DNA of 61,452 bases, filler included, from 4 parts of 4 records of this genome joined end to end with filler, not necessarily neighbours in it; one strand, 5' to 3'. Positions 18,107-29,884 are shown, counted from the first letter of the whole stretch. Made by a program: numbers and translations. Notes: generated by a model from the sequence alone, not told the origin.

Positions 18107-19302
18107 GGTGTCCGCCCTCCCCACGGCGACCCCGGCGTGGCCAGCAGGTCCTCGGCCATGTCCGCCATGATCGCGTCGCGGCGGAACCGGGCGACGAAAT
18201 CCGGGCGCGGCCGGGTCACCGGCGTCAGTGTTTCAAAGGCGCGCACCGCCGCGTCCAGGTCACAGGGCGCGAACACCGCCGCGTTCTCAATGTGCTCCTC
18301 GACGAAGCGCGCCGCGTAACCGCCGACGCCGGCCCACACCGGCTTGCCCAGGGCGGCGTACTCGAACAGTTTCGAGGGCAGCACCTTTTTAAACGCCGGG
18401 TAGTCGTTCAGGTGCAGAAACAGCACGTCCGCCGATTGGTACAGGCCGATCAGCTCCTCGCGGTTGACCGGGTCCAGCAGGGTCACGTTGTCGCAGCCGG
18501 CGTCGGCCAGGGCCTGCTCCAGCTGGGCACGGCGGCCGCCGTCGCCCACCAGCCGGAAGTGCAGCCGCCCCCGGAAATGCCGAGCCAGGCCCGGCAGGAT
18601 GGCGTGCAGCCCCTGCCCCTCGCCCATATTGCCGGCGTACACCACGTCCAGCACCCGCTCGCCGGCGGGCGGCTCCGCGTCCGGCGGCGCGGCGGCGAGG
18701 AACTCATCGTCGATGCCGTTGCTGAACAACGACCAGTCACGCCCCGGGTAGCGGGCCTGGAAGTACGGCAGAAAACCCGGCGACACCAGGTTCACCCGCC
18801 GCGCGGTGCCCAGCGTCCAGCGCTCCAGCGCGGACAGAAACGGCTTGCTCGCCCAGGCCAGCTTGCCGGGCAGCACGTCCTTCATGGTGTCGACGAAAAT
18901 ATCGCGGATATCGAGATACAGCGGTGCCTTCAAACGGCGCGCCAGCAGCGCCCCCAGCGACCCGGTCATCAACCGCGACGAGGTGGCGTACACCAGGTCG
19001 TAGCGCTTGCCCTTGCACAACGCCATGGCGCCACGGGCATAGGCCAGAAACGCCTTGGACTGATCCACCATGCCGCTCTTGTGGGCCGGCAGCGCCACCC
19101 GGTGCACGGTCAAACGCGGGTGCTCCTCGAGCGCCGGCGCGGCGCTGGTGAAGGTGCTGTAGCGGTTAGGCAGCGTGGTGATCAGCTCGATGTGCGCGTG
19201 CGCCGGCAGGCGGTCCAACAGGGCACGCACCAGCGCCACCGACCGGAACGAGCCGGCGGACAGATCCGGCGGGTAATAAAAACTCAGAAACAGCAGTCTC
19301 AA
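18103..19302 (-). CDS. Glycosyltransferase family 4
   Basis: FYYPPD, YAGNMGEGQG, PSKLFEYAA. TTG start overlaps the heparinase stop. Confidence 0.88.
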   Translation of the reverse strand: MRLLFLSFYYPPDLSAGSFRSVALVRALLDRLPAHAHIELITTLPNRYSTFTSAAPALEEHPRLTVHRVALPAHKSGMVDQSKAFLAYARGAMALCKGKRYDLVYATSSRLMTGSLGALLARRLKAPLYLDIRDIFVDTMKDVLPGKLAWASKPFLSALERWTLGTARRVNLVSPGFLPYFQARYPGRDWSLFSNGIDDEFLAAAPPDAEPPAGERVLDVVYAGNMGEGQGLHAILPGLARHFRGRLHFRLVGDGGRRAQLEQALADAGCDNVTLLDPVNREELIGLYQSADVLFLHLNDYPAFKKVLPSKLFEYAALGKPVWAGVGGYAARFVEEHIENAAVFAPCDLDAAVRAFETLTPVTRPRPDFVARFRRDAIMADMAEDLLATPGSPWGGRTP

Positions 19303-20978
19303 ACGGCGCTCCCGTCTACATGGTCTTGCCAGACTATGGCGGTCTCCAGGGTCACGCCCCCGGAAAAAGCAGCGACGATACACTGATTCGACACCGATCC
19401 GCCAAACGTGGGGTGCCAGCTGGCGGGCTCGAGGGTCACCCGGTCGGCGCCCCGGCAATGCACCCGCACCGGGCCGCCTGTCGAGAGCCGCAGCACGAAG
19501 CCGTCGCCGTCCGCCTGCGCCTGCACGTCCGGGTGCAGATGGAAACGGGCCACGGCCTGCCCATGGGCGCCGCTGACCCGGTCTTGGATCAGCAGCTCGC
19601 CGGGGCGGGCCTGCCACTCCCGGTAGTGCACGTTGTCACCGGCCAGCCGCCGGTAACCGTCGTGGCCGGCACTGACGTGGATCCACCCTCCTTCGTTTTC
19701 GAACCGGGTCACCGTGGGCCGGGCGCGGCGGGCCACCCGGAAGCCGGACCACACCTCGGAGGAGTCCTGGCCGTCCACTTCCACCGTATTGTGCGCCGCC
19801 GTGGCGCGCTGGCGCAGACGCTCCCGGTCGACGCCGTAGCGCGAGGTGCCGGAATTCACCAGCAGGCGCCGGCCGAACAGGCTGAGCTCGAACGAGAGGG
19901 TGTCCGCGTGGGCGTGGCCGGGCTGGTAGTCCGGGCCCACCGGCGCCAGATCCAGCAGCGCCCGGTGGCCCGGCCCCAGGTCCAGGGCCGCGTAGCCGCT
20001 GTCGGCGAAATAGCGCGTGCCGGTGCCGTCCACGGCGCGCTCCACCACCGAAGCATCGGCCAACCGCCGGTGATAGGCACGCAGATCGTCCAGCGACGGC
20101 GCGATACCGAAGGCGGCGTCGTTGAAGAAGGCGATGTCGCCGTCCGGGTGCCGCAAGGTCGCCGACCAGTGCAGCCCGCGCTCCAGCACCGCCAGCCAGT
20201 CCCGCCGGCGCGACGACAGCGCCGGCAAGCCGGCGCGCTCGGCCAGGTGGATCAGGTCGCACAGATCCCAAAGCAGAGCGTCGTGATACATCGGCGACCG
20301 TTCGAAATGGCCGCCGTCGGCGAGAAACTGCTCGGCAATCTCCCGGTCGAGAATCGCCAGCCCGCGACGCAACCAGCGGTCGCCCTCCTCGCCGGCCAGG
20401 TAGGCGCCCACGAACACCAGCGCCTTGCCGTTGGCGAACAGATGGTTGCCGAGAATCGGCCATTCGACCTGCCGCTCCAGCGCCCGCGCCTGGGTGGCGA
20501 GGCTGTCCAGCCGGTGCGTCGGCACCTCGCCGCCGCGGGCGAACCACTTCACCAGGTTCACCAGCCGCAACGACAGCGGGTAAGGCTCCCAGCCGTTGCC
20601 CGTGCAAGGCGGGTTGTCGTCAATCCAGCGGTCCACCAGGGCGGCGTTGAGCGCCTCGCGCTGGTCCGCGCCCACGGCGTTCAGGTCGTTCAGATAATGC
20701 AGGTTGTACAGCCACAACTTACTGAAGCGCGGCGCGTTCCAGTCCGCCGCCGTGGCCACCTCGCCGGACTCACCGAGAAAATCGAAACGGCGGCCGTCGC
20801 CGGTCGCCGGTTCACCCCAGCGGCAAGGGTCCAGGATCAGCCCGCCACGGGCCCGGGCACCGCCGGCCACCGGCACGCGCAACGGCCGCACCCGGTAATA
20901 CAGGCGGAACCACACCTGCCGCCACCGCAGGTAGCGCACGGTGTGAAACAGCCGCCACAGCCGGCTCAAAACCGCCAC
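19299..20978 (-). CDS. Heparinase II/III-family protein
   Basis: LWLYNLHY, GNHL, DGGHFERSPMYH, HAHADTLSFEL, AHNTV. Confidence 0.88.
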   Translation of the reverse strand: MAVLSRLWRLFHTVRYLRWRQVWFRLYYRVRPLRVPVAGGARARGGLILDPCRWGEPATGDGRRFDFLGESGEVATAADWNAPRFSKLWLYNLHYLNDLNAVGADQREALNAALVDRWIDDNPPCTGNGWEPYPLSLRLVNLVKWFARGGEVPTHRLDSLATQARALERQVEWPILGNHLFANGKALVFVGAYLAGEEGDRWLRRGLAILDREIAEQFLADGGHFERSPMYHDALLWDLCDLIHLAERAGLPALSSRRRDWLAVLERGLHWSATLRHPDGDIAFFNDAAFGIAPSLDDLRAYHRRLADASVVERAVDGTGTRYFADSGYAALDLGPGHRALLDLAPVGPDYQPGHAHADTLSFELSLFGRRLLVNSGTSRYGVDRERLRQRATAAHNTVEVDGQDSSEVWSGFRVARRARPTVTRFENEGGWIHVSAGHDGYRRLAGDNVHYREWQARPGELLIQDRVSGAHGQAVARFHLHPDVQAQADGDGFVLRLSTGGPVRVHCRGADRVTLEPASWHPTFGGSVSNQCIVAAFSGGVTLETAIVWQDHVDGSAV

Positions 20979-22297
20979 CCCAGACCGGCCGCCATGGCCA
21001 GCAACGCCAGCAGATTAATCGCTATCTGTCTGGTTTTTTCAGCGTTGCTCAAGATGGCACCCATCGCCCGCAGTGTGACCAGGTTTCTGGAGATCACATA
21101 GACGAGCTGGAACCCGGCCACGCTGTACGCATAGTGCTCAAGGGTCCGCACGCCGGTTTCCTCCATGACGATCAAGGTGACCACCGCCAACACCGCGATC
21201 AGCAGGCCGGTCAGCGCCGGCGGCTTCACACGTTTGCTGGTCACCGAAAGGTTGCCGAACACGAACGACAACGAGGCGTACAGCGTGGTCATCAACAGCA
21301 TCGACATCAAAAACAGGTTTTTCTCGCTGAAATCGATGCCCAGCCAAAGGTGCAACGCCTGGTCGCCCACCGCCAGAAATACCCAGAACCCCACCACCGA
21401 GATCACCGCCAGGCCGGCGGCGCTTTTGCCGAGCATGCGGTGGAAGGCGTCGGTGTCGCCGTCGTAATCCAGCGACGAACGCGTCACCAGGGAGGCGTTC
21501 AGAGACACCATGAAACCACGGGTGAAGTTGTGCAACTGCAGGAAAACGCCGTACAACGACAGCGAGCGGCTGCCCAAGGCACCGTGCAGCAGAATCTGCG
21601 GCGCCGTGATTATCAGGCTCTGGCTCAGGCTGTTGACGCTGATCCAGGCGTTGAACGCGAACGCCTTACGGAACGCGTCCGGATAAAACCAGCGCCCGGC
21701 GCGCCTGCGCTTGTCGGCCTCCACCACCCGGGTGAACTGCACACTGACCAGCAGATAAATCATCATCTGCTCCAGCGCCAGCACCGCGCAAAACGTGAAG
21801 GTGCCGAGCAGGTCGCTGGCGTAGAGCAGATAGATCACCAGCACCTTGGCCAGGGCGGTGGCGATCATCACCTTGAAATGCAGGTCGAGCCGGTCACCGG
21901 CGTACAACGCCGCGTACTTGGGAATGGCGATAAGCGTGAAAATCAAACCACCCAGGGACACCAGCAACTCATCGCGAATCGGGGTGGTGGAATAGAGAAA
22001 AAACAACCCGCCCAGCGCGAACGCCACCAGCCCCAGGCCAAGAAAAGCGGTCAGCGCGGTCACATACAACGCACTGAACGACGCCGCATCGTCCTGGTAT
22101 TCAATCAGCAACCGGGAAAGCCCCGCCGTGGACGCGGCCTGCACCATCAGCAGCAAGGTGATCACGCTCAAGGCGGTGGCGACGATCCACCAGGCGTCCA
22201 GCCCGATCGCCTTCATCGCCATGCCGATGGTGAAGAACGAGACGATAATCTGAATCAGGCGGCTGAGCAGCCCGAAAGACAGATTTCTCCACATCAT
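20966..22297 (-). CDS. wzx: Wzx-type polysaccharide flippase
   Basis: Multi-TM protein (about 12 hydrophobic segments) directly after wecC, with ATGA overlap. Confidence 0.7.
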   Translation of the reverse strand: MMWRNLSFGLLSRLIQIIVSFFTIGMAMKAIGLDAWWIVATALSVITLLLMVQAASTAGLSRLLIEYQDDAASFSALYVTALTAFLGLGLVAFALGGLFFLYSTTPIRDELLVSLGGLIFTLIAIPKYAALYAGDRLDLHFKVMIATALAKVLVIYLLYASDLLGTFTFCAVLALEQMMIYLLVSVQFTRVVEADKRRRAGRWFYPDAFRKAFAFNAWISVNSLSQSLIITAPQILLHGALGSRSLSLYGVFLQLHNFTRGFMVSLNASLVTRSSLDYDGDTDAFHRMLGKSAAGLAVISVVGFWVFLAVGDQALHLWLGIDFSEKNLFLMSMLLMTTLYASLSFVFGNLSVTSKRVKPPALTGLLIAVLAVVTLIVMEETGVRTLEHYAYSVAGFQLVYVISRNLVTLRAMGAILSNAEKTRQIAINLLALLAMAAGLGWRF

Positions 22298-23592
22298 GGG
22301 ACGGCGCGGTTCCAAAGCCCGCAGGCGTCCACCACTCGTTTACCGTCGAGCGCCGCCGGCGCCACCCGCCGGAACGAGCGGTGCGCCACCAGGGCCACCA
22401 CCACGTCCGCGTCCGCCAGGGCTTCGTCGGCGGAGACCAGGCCGGCGCCGTGCTCCGCCAGGCCCGCCGGCAGCGCTTTGATGTTCGGCTCCACCGCCAG
22501 CAACGGCCCGGGGTGCTCCGCCGCCACCCGGCTGGCGATATCCAGCGCCGGGCTTTCGCGCAGGTCGTCGATGTCCGGCTTGAACGCCAGGCCGAAGCAG
22601 GCGATGGTCACGTCGCCGGCGCGCTTGTCCGGGTTCGCCTGCAGAAACTCGCCCACCGCCGTTTTGATTTTTTCCACCACCCAGTCCGGCTTGCCGCTGT
22701 TCACTTCCCGGGCGGCGCGGATCAGCCGCGCCAGCTCCGGCGTCTCGCTGACGATGAACCAGGGGTCCACGGCGATGCAGTGGCCGCCCACGCCCGGGCC
22801 CGGCTGCAGAATGTTGACGCGCGGATGGCGGTTGGCCAGCGCGATCAATTCCCAGACGTTGATGTCCAGCCGCTCGGCGATAATCGACAGCTCGTTGGCG
22901 AAGGCAATGTTGACGTCACGGAAGGCGTTCTCGGTGAGCTTGGCCATCTCGGCGGTGCGCGCCGTGGTGGTCAGGCAGTCGCCACGCACGAAGGTGCGGT
23001 ACAGCTCGGCGGCGGCCTCGGCGCAGGCCGGCGTCATGCCGCCGATGATGCGGTCGTTCTCGATCAGCTCGTGCATGATGCGCCCGGGCAGCACCCGCTC
23101 GGGGCAGTGCGCCACGCGGATGTCGGCGCCCTCCCCCGCGTCCTGGGGAAAGCTCAGGTCGGGACGCGCTTCCGCCAGCCAGGCGGCCATCGCTTCGGTG
23201 GCGCCCACCGGCGAGGTGGATTCCAGAATCACCAGGTTGCCCTTGCGCAGCACCGGCGCCACCGAACGCGCCGCCGCGCGGATAAAGCTCAGGTCCGGTT
23301 CCGGCACCGCGTCCGGGTCCGCCTGGCGTTTGAACGGCGTCGGCACCGCGATCAGAAACGCGTCCGCCGGCTCCGGTTCGGTGGTGGCGTGCAGGTAGCC
23401 CTCTTTCACCGCCGCGTGCACGGCGATATCCAGCTCCGGCTCGACAATGTGGATTTCGCCCCGGTTGATGGTGTCCACCGCGTTCTGGTTCACGTCCACG
23501 CCGATCACCTTCTTGCGGCGGCCGGCGAAGACCGCGGCGGTGGGCAGGCCGATGTAACCCAGGCCGACGACACAAACGGTGTTGAAATCCAT
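22294..23592 (-). CDS. wecC: UDP-N-acetyl-D-mannosamine dehydrogenase
   Basis: GLGYIGLP, HCPERVLPG, GPGVGGHCIAVDPW, KPDIDDLRESP. Confidence 0.95.
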   Translation of the reverse strand: MDFNTVCVVGLGYIGLPTAAVFAGRRKKVIGVDVNQNAVDTINRGEIHIVEPELDIAVHAAVKEGYLHATTEPEPADAFLIAVPTPFKRQADPDAVPEPDLSFIRAAARSVAPVLRKGNLVILESTSPVGATEAMAAWLAEARPDLSFPQDAGEGADIRVAHCPERVLPGRIMHELIENDRIIGGMTPACAEAAAELYRTFVRGDCLTTTARTAEMAKLTENAFRDVNIAFANELSIIAERLDINVWELIALANRHPRVNILQPGPGVGGHCIAVDPWFIVSETPELARLIRAAREVNSGKPDWVVEKIKTAVGEFLQANPDKRAGDVTIACFGLAFKPDIDDLRESPALDIASRVAAEHPGPLLAVEPNIKALPAGLAEHGAGLVSADEALADADVVVALVAHRSFRRVAPAALDGKRVVDACGLWNRAVP

Positions 23593-23638
23593 ATTCTTGT
23601 TCTCTCCGTACTAAGAAAAAATGCGAGAAACTTTCACT

Positions 23639-24781
23639 CTATGAAAGTTTCTCGCACGAACCGTCAGCAAGAAAATCGGCGATCCGGCCGGACGCCCGGC
23701 CATCACCGTAGGGATTATGCGCCCGGCTCATGGCATCCCAGGCGGCCTGGTCGGTGAGCAGACGGTGCGCCTCGTCATAAATCGCCTCGGCGGTGGTGCC
23801 CACCAGCTTGACGGTGCCGGCATTGACCGCGTCCGGGCGCTCGGTGGTGTCGCGCATTACCAGCACCGGCTTGCCCAGCGACGGCGCCTCTTCCTGGATG
23901 CCGCCGGAGTCGGTGAGGATCAGCGTCGCGTTACTCATCAGCCAGACGAACGGCAGGTAGTCCTGGGGCTCGATCAGGTGCACGTTGGGCCGGCCGCTGA
24001 GCAGCCGGTTCACCGGCTCCTGCACGTTCGGGTTGAGGTGCACCGGGTAGACGAAATCGGTGCCCGGGTGCGCCTCGGCGAGCCGCGACACCGCCTGGCA
24101 GATGCGCTCGAAACCGCCGCCGAAGCTTTCCCGGCGGTGGCCGGTGATCAGCACCATGGGCCGCGCCAGGCCGTAGGGGAAACGCCCCGCCAGCTCATCG
24201 CGCAACGCGGCGTCGCCGTCCAGGCGCGCCTTCACCCACAGCAGTGCGTCAATCACCGTGTTGCCGGTGGTGAGAATGCGGGCCTGGTCCACGCCCTCGG
24301 CCAGCAAGGCGTCGCGGGCGCTGGCGGTGGGCGCGAAGTGGGCGGCGGCGAGCACCCCGGTGAGCTTGCGGTTGGCCTCTTCCGGCCAGGGGGAAAGCAG
24401 ATTGCCGGTGCGCAGCCCCGCTTCCACGTGGCCCACCGGCACCTTCTCGTAGAAGGCGGCCAGCGAGGCCGCCAGCGTGGTGGTGGTGTCACCGTGCACC
24501 AGGATCATGTCCGGCTTCTCGGCGCGGATCACGTCGCGCAGGCCGAGCAGAATGCGGGTGGTGATGTCGTAGAGGTCCTGGCCCGGCGCCATGATGTCCA
24601 GATCGTGGTCCGGCGTGATCTCGAACAACGCCAGCACCTGATCCAGCATCTCGCGGTGCTGGGCGGTCACGCACACCCGGCTGTCGAAGCGGGGGTCGGC
24701 GCCCAAAGCTTTCACCACTGGCGCCATTTTGATGGCCTCCGGGCGGGTGCCGAAGACACTGAGAATCCGCTTTCCGCTCAC
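23639..24781 (-). CDS. wecB: UDP-N-acetylglucosamine 2-epimerase (non-hydrolysing)
   Basis: [37 protein letters not shown]. Probable GTG start at 24781. Confidence 0.95.
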   Translation of the reverse strand: MSGKRILSVFGTRPEAIKMAPVVKALGADPRFDSRVCVTAQHREMLDQVLALFEITPDHDLDIMAPGQDLYDITTRILLGLRDVIRAEKPDMILVHGDTTTTLAASLAAFYEKVPVGHVEAGLRTGNLLSPWPEEANRKLTGVLAAAHFAPTASARDALLAEGVDQARILTTGNTVIDALLWVKARLDGDAALRDELAGRFPYGLARPMVLITGHRRESFGGGFERICQAVSRLAEAHPGTDFVYPVHLNPNVQEPVNRLLSGRPNVHLIEPQDYLPFVWLMSNATLILTDSGGIQEEAPSLGKPVLVMRDTTERPDAVNAGTVKLVGTTAEAIYDEAHRLLTDQAAWDAMSRAHNPYGDGRASGRIADFLADGSCEKLS

Positions 24782-24897
24782 TAAGTCGCCTTTTCGCCAG
24801 TCATTTGGGGCCACGCGCCCGAAAGCCGGCTATTTTCTCATTAATCGCGACTCAATTGTAGGCGCGGACCATGTCCTTCGCTTCAGGAGCCCGCCTT

Positions 24898-24921
24898 GTG
24901 GGAGCGGGCCCTGCCCGCGAA
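24898..24921 (+). repeat. REP element copy 4 (contig end)
   Basis: GTGGGAGCGGGCCCTGCCCGCGAA. Confidence 0.8.
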
Positions 24922-25021
24922 NNNNNNNNNNNNNNNNNNNNNNNNNNNNNNNNNNNNNNNNNNNNTTAATTAATTAANNNNNNNNNNNNNNNNNNNNNNN
25001 NNNNNNNNNNNNNNNNNNNNN
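24922..25021. other. Artificial contig spacer
   Basis: N44-TTAATTAATTAA-N44. Confidence 0.99.
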
Positions 25022-25584
25022 CTGCGCTTCTCCCTGGACGACGCTGCACTGCTGCAAAGAACACGCACTCTGCAGCGCGCGCGCACCCAACAGCAGACGC
25101 TTGCACGGTGGCGCGCACGGGCTCGACACAGCGTCTGCATGGTCTCGTCCCTGCCTTGCGCTTAACGTGCGCCCAATAGCAGATAGTCGATGAACACCAA
25201 TGGCATGTAAAACTTACCAAGACAGCATACCGCAACTGCTCCGCCGCTTTGTTTCAAGGACTCTGCACTGTGATTCTTGCAAAGATTGCTGCTCCAGACG
25301 GTCATGCCGCTTTGTCGCGGTCCGCGTTTGCGAGTTTCTCCCACATTCGGTGTGATCTCCGCCCCTTCCCGCCCCACCCAACCACCGCTCTCGCGCCTCC
25401 CTGAGCAGAGCTGCTAGCCGCGCGCGATGCTGCCGTGGCATCGTAGTACTCGCTCGCTTCGCGCGCGGCCCAAGGGCGGGCGGTCCGGCGGCGCAAAGCA
25501 CAGCTACGCATCATTGATACTATATATTCCTTTGCTCCCGTTTGAAGACGCTCTACCCGTGCGCGCCCGCGCGCGCGATAGAAA

Positions 25585-28500
25585 ATGATGCCCACACGGG
25601 AGCACGAGCCGGCTCCTGCCGCCCCGCGCTATGGCCAGCATGAGCCGCAACCTTGGAGCGACACCCCTGCGCAGCAGGTTGAAATGCGCAACCTTCCTCC
25701 CTCTTCGCCGCCTTCAGGAAGCTCGCGTAATCTTTTACAACAATCTGGACTGCGATCAGCTGCAATCATTCGCCATGCGCCGTGGCGAAAAGGCGGACAG
25801 AGCGCCGGCTGCGCTGCCGGGCCGAAACAGTGGATGCTCGAGAACCCGCGCAAGTCGCTGGGAATCGTCGTCGGTGTAGTGGCAGTCATCCTTCTCATTG
25901 TCATCATTGTGGACGTAGTCGAGCTGCAAAAGCTCAAAGATGTGAGCGTTACCCTCTCCACGGCCTCTGTAGATAACCTGTGCTCCAATGATATCCCCTA
26001 CGATGCACGGCTGGCGGTGCACAATCCGTCCGCAAGGGGTGCAGATATCGACGCGGCAACTGTAACGGCCACGCACGTGCAGAGCGGGCGCGTGCTGGGC
26101 AGTCTTCCGTCGCCCGCGATAGCGCTTGGATCGGGCGCTTTGTCGCTGCACCTGACCGGAGCACTATCTCTTGCAGACGTCGATGTATTTGCTCTCATGC
26201 TGCAGCAGTACGTCGAAGGAAAGCGCGTCGACGTCCGGTTTTCCGCCTCGCTTTCGGCAACTGTGAAGATCCTGGGTGTCGGCACGTCGGTCTCGACCAA
26301 CTTCGAGCAGGACATTTCGCTCAACGATCTCGTCAACGAGGATCCCGGCGATCGCCAATTTCTGCGCTGGGAAAACGTAAATGTCACAGTTTCGAACAGT
26401 TCATTCCTGAGTGCGTCGGTGGCCGTAGTTCCGACAAGGAAGTCGCGTTTCACGCTTTCTCTCCCGGCGCTCGCCCTCCGTCTCCGCGCACAGCCGTCGA
26501 ACAAGACCGCCGGAGCTATCAACACCGCGGCAACAACTTTGACGGAAGGAACCGGCACCATCAATGCCACGCTGCACGCATATGAGTCGGATGAAAGTGG
26601 CCTTGCCGAGCTCCTCTCTGGTGTCGCAGGCGGGCTAGCCGCCTCTACCAGCGCTGCAAATACTTCCGGCGTTCCGGCCGCTGAGAGCGTCACTCTAGCC
26701 CCAGGATCTGCGCCTAGCCCATCAGCCTGCCTGCTGGAACGGGCAATGTACCTGCGGCCACCGTCGCTGGCAGTTCAAAGTGCTGCCGACGTCGGCAACG
26801 GTGCAGATGCGTTTGAAGTGGCAAACGTAACAGTTGACTCGCTCTCAGGAACCACCGTGCGCGTGAATGCTTCGGCGGACCTTGTTTCCACGGTTGCCGA
26901 CTTCCTGGAGACGTCGGACATATTGTCCCAGTTTGTACTCGACCTCCGTGCTCCAGGCACGCAACTTGCTGTTGAGCTCACCATCAGCACGCTTTCTTTG
27001 GCACCGGCCAGCGGAGGCAGACGCAAGGTGTCTGCACCGATTCGAGCGCAGGTCGACGATCTCGGCGTTGCGCTCAAGGAGGTGGTCGAGACCGACATTG
27101 AGACCGTCGAGGTCACTGTGCGCGAAACCGGTGGCGCCGACACCGTTCTTTCGAGGTCTTTGCGCAACATAACCGCATCCGTTTCCATACCGAACAAAAG
27201 CGCTCTTCTGCCGCTAGAATACGCAGTCCAGGGCAGCCCTGGCGGTGACCTCGTTGTCGATATCACAGCCGGCAGGCTCGGTGGCTCCGACGCACTGTTT
27301 CTCACCGTGCCCGAGCTCTCCCTCTCGATCACGTACGATAACAACGGTACCGTCGCTAACATCACCACAAACGGGACGGATATCGTGTCCGGAGAGACGA
27401 TTTTGCGCGCCGTCGTTTTCTCGCCGAGCAGTGGTGGGCAAATCGAGCAGCTGGTGAATCGCGTCGCCGTGTCTCTGCAGGACCGCGGCATCCCGCTCGG
27501 CGTGCAGGGGAAGTTTTCCGGCGTACGTTTCGCGGACGACCCCGCGCGATTGCATGTCTGCGATTTTACAGTCCGCAAAAGTTACTGTTGCGTAAAGTAG
27601 AAAAGGAGGGTATATGTCACCAAAGCGGATGACGGCGAAGTGCTGCGCACGAAACAGAGCGCGAGCACGTGGCGAGGCAGCTGCATGCTGCGCGGAAAGG
27701 CGCGCAATGGCAGCTTCAGATTGCTTCTGCCTGTTCGTGCTTGCGGTGGCAGGATATTTCGTTTTCCGACAATGAGCAAGCTGAAACCCCGAGTTGCTCT
27801 GCTGTGATGTAGAATATACGCTACTGTTCTACGGTGCTGATTGCGGCTTTGCATTCGCTTCCCGCGGAGGGTGTGCGATGAAATCAGGATAGAGGACAGG
27901 GCCCAGGTCTGCGCCATCGTGCTGCTCTCGCTGATGAGCCTTGGTTGCGGGCTTAGCGTTGCTCTCCCAGTTTGCGTGCGCTGGTACTTTTTCGGATCAC
28001 AGCCACGCTCGCTCCCTCCCTGTTGCTCGATCGGTGTGCTATGGACGAAGCAAATATATAGCCAATAAGGAGAGTGACTCGCTGATGATTGCTGTGCTGC
28101 TGTTCTTTTCTCGCTGCAGCAGCTTCTGTCGCTGCGCCCCCGTACGAGTTGCTCTAGGCTTTCCGCTTGTCCGTGGGGTGGCGGCGCCTACTTTTCCGCC
28201 TTGTCCCCTTGTGCCACTCTCGATCCAATGTACATTCATCGTGTTCACTCGAGACGATACGTCTATCAAGTGCGATTTCTATCACTCTCTCGCGTTACAA
28301 AGATTGCTCGGTCCCTTTTCGGCTCCTGCGCTACGTACATTGGTGAAGGCTACACACTCGCTCTACTAACGCTGCTTCCGCTTCTGCCCGGCCAACTGTA
28401 CACCGCTCCTCGATTTCGCGCGCAGGGAAATACAATATCCACGTCGTTTGTGTATCCTCTTGAAAAGAATATTACAGATGACATTATCAAACAAGTCTGT

Positions 28501-29884
28501 ATCGATTCCATTTCTGTAAATGTATTCACGTCCTTGGCGAGCCTGGGGTGCTCCTTCTCTGCAGCCGCTGCAGCAGTCGTCAACAATCCGCTACCCTTTT
28601 CTATCGACGTACGCTACTGACGAACAATGTTGTCCGAAACTCGCGCGCCATACGTTTTTTTCTTTGGCAAGCGCCATGCGCCCGTACATCGCAGAGGCGC
28701 TGTGTCCTCCTCGATGGCCGTGTAGAGTCGGCACCACGAGAGTGTGCGCGCCCTTTGCATCAAGCTCTGTGAACTTTGTGCATCCGTGTCTCGCAGAGGC
28801 GCACAATCTAGTCGCTGGTGTGTGCTTGGGGAGCCGCTGGACCAAGCTCGCGCGGAGCGCTGCAGAAGGCGTGCCGTCTCTTTGTCGATGCAGCTGGCGC
28901 GTTGGCTCAGTCGGATGCACGTTTCTTTACCGTGCTGTTCCCGCTTCTCGAAATGCATGGCGATTTGGGATCTGCAGGCAACGCAAATGAACTTTGACTT
29001 GTACTTTGATGATCCGGATGGATACGCGATCACGATCATAATCCTGACATTCTCTGGACCACCGCAAGACAATGTGTTTCTCACATCCATCGCGGAGCCA
29101 ACGAGTAGCACAACGGTGCGTTAGCAAGCGGGACTCGGGGCCCTCGCATCCCGACTCCGTTCCACTGCTATCTACAACTGTACATTCGCACTACTGCATA
29201 TGCAAAACATACTTGCTCCTTTACCCGATTGCTTGATTGTGTTCTTGTTTGCCTACCTGCTTTCTCGCTCGCCTGCTCGCTCGCCTGCTTGCCCGCTTGG
29301 TTGTTTCCCGTGCGCTCGTTCGAGTGATCGCTCGTTCGCCCGCGCGTTTGCGTACCCGGTCTCCTGCACCAAGTCTGTTCGATTGCCAATACGGCGACTC
29401 TACCGAAAAGAGATTATGATATTCATAGCAACATCTTGCCAACAGAAAATGACGCACCCCCAGAGCGCTGCGTGTACAAGAATGCTCATATGGTGATATG
29501 CAATCGGCGGACGCACCGTCGAACGCCTGCCCCCGGAAGCGTGTGCTGGGTTGACGGCGCGTTCCTGCGCTGGCAACAAACGCCGAACCCTGGCGCGACA
29601 CTCACCCAGACGCAGCGATTTTGCGCGTGCAATACTTCCAGGCTCAGTGGCCCAAGACTGTGGCATCGTCTGCTTCATCGCGCCTCACCGCAAATGTCGG
29701 AGCTGCAGCCACGATCGATGCGTGTGCGCGCGCGTACGACGAGTATGTCATAAAGCGAAGGCTGCACACCCATGTTCGCAACGGAAGGCTTCGGGTGCGC
29801 ATAAGCTCCTCCTTTGCGCTCAATGTGCAGTTTGCGTTTGATTTCCTCGTGCAAAACGATGGCTCTTCTTCGTGCTCCGTGTGA
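25585..29884 (+). CDS. Eukaryotic multi-exon gene: N-terminally anchored, beta-rich LEA_2/DUF3712-like repeat protein
   Basis: Long exon 25585-~27522 with one TM (LGIVVGVVAVILLIVIIV) and LAVHNP. Further GT-AG exons at ~28427-28608 (VVNNPLPFSID), ~28978-29115 and ~29642-29884. Exons between 27.5 and 28.4 kb are unresolved. Confidence 0.6.

Noticed and set aside
276-24784. Many long antisense/alternate-frame ORFs (e.g. 21134-23398, 19320-21101, 14040-15518)
   Set aside because: They are shadows of well-supported genes in high-GC DNA and carry no family motifs.
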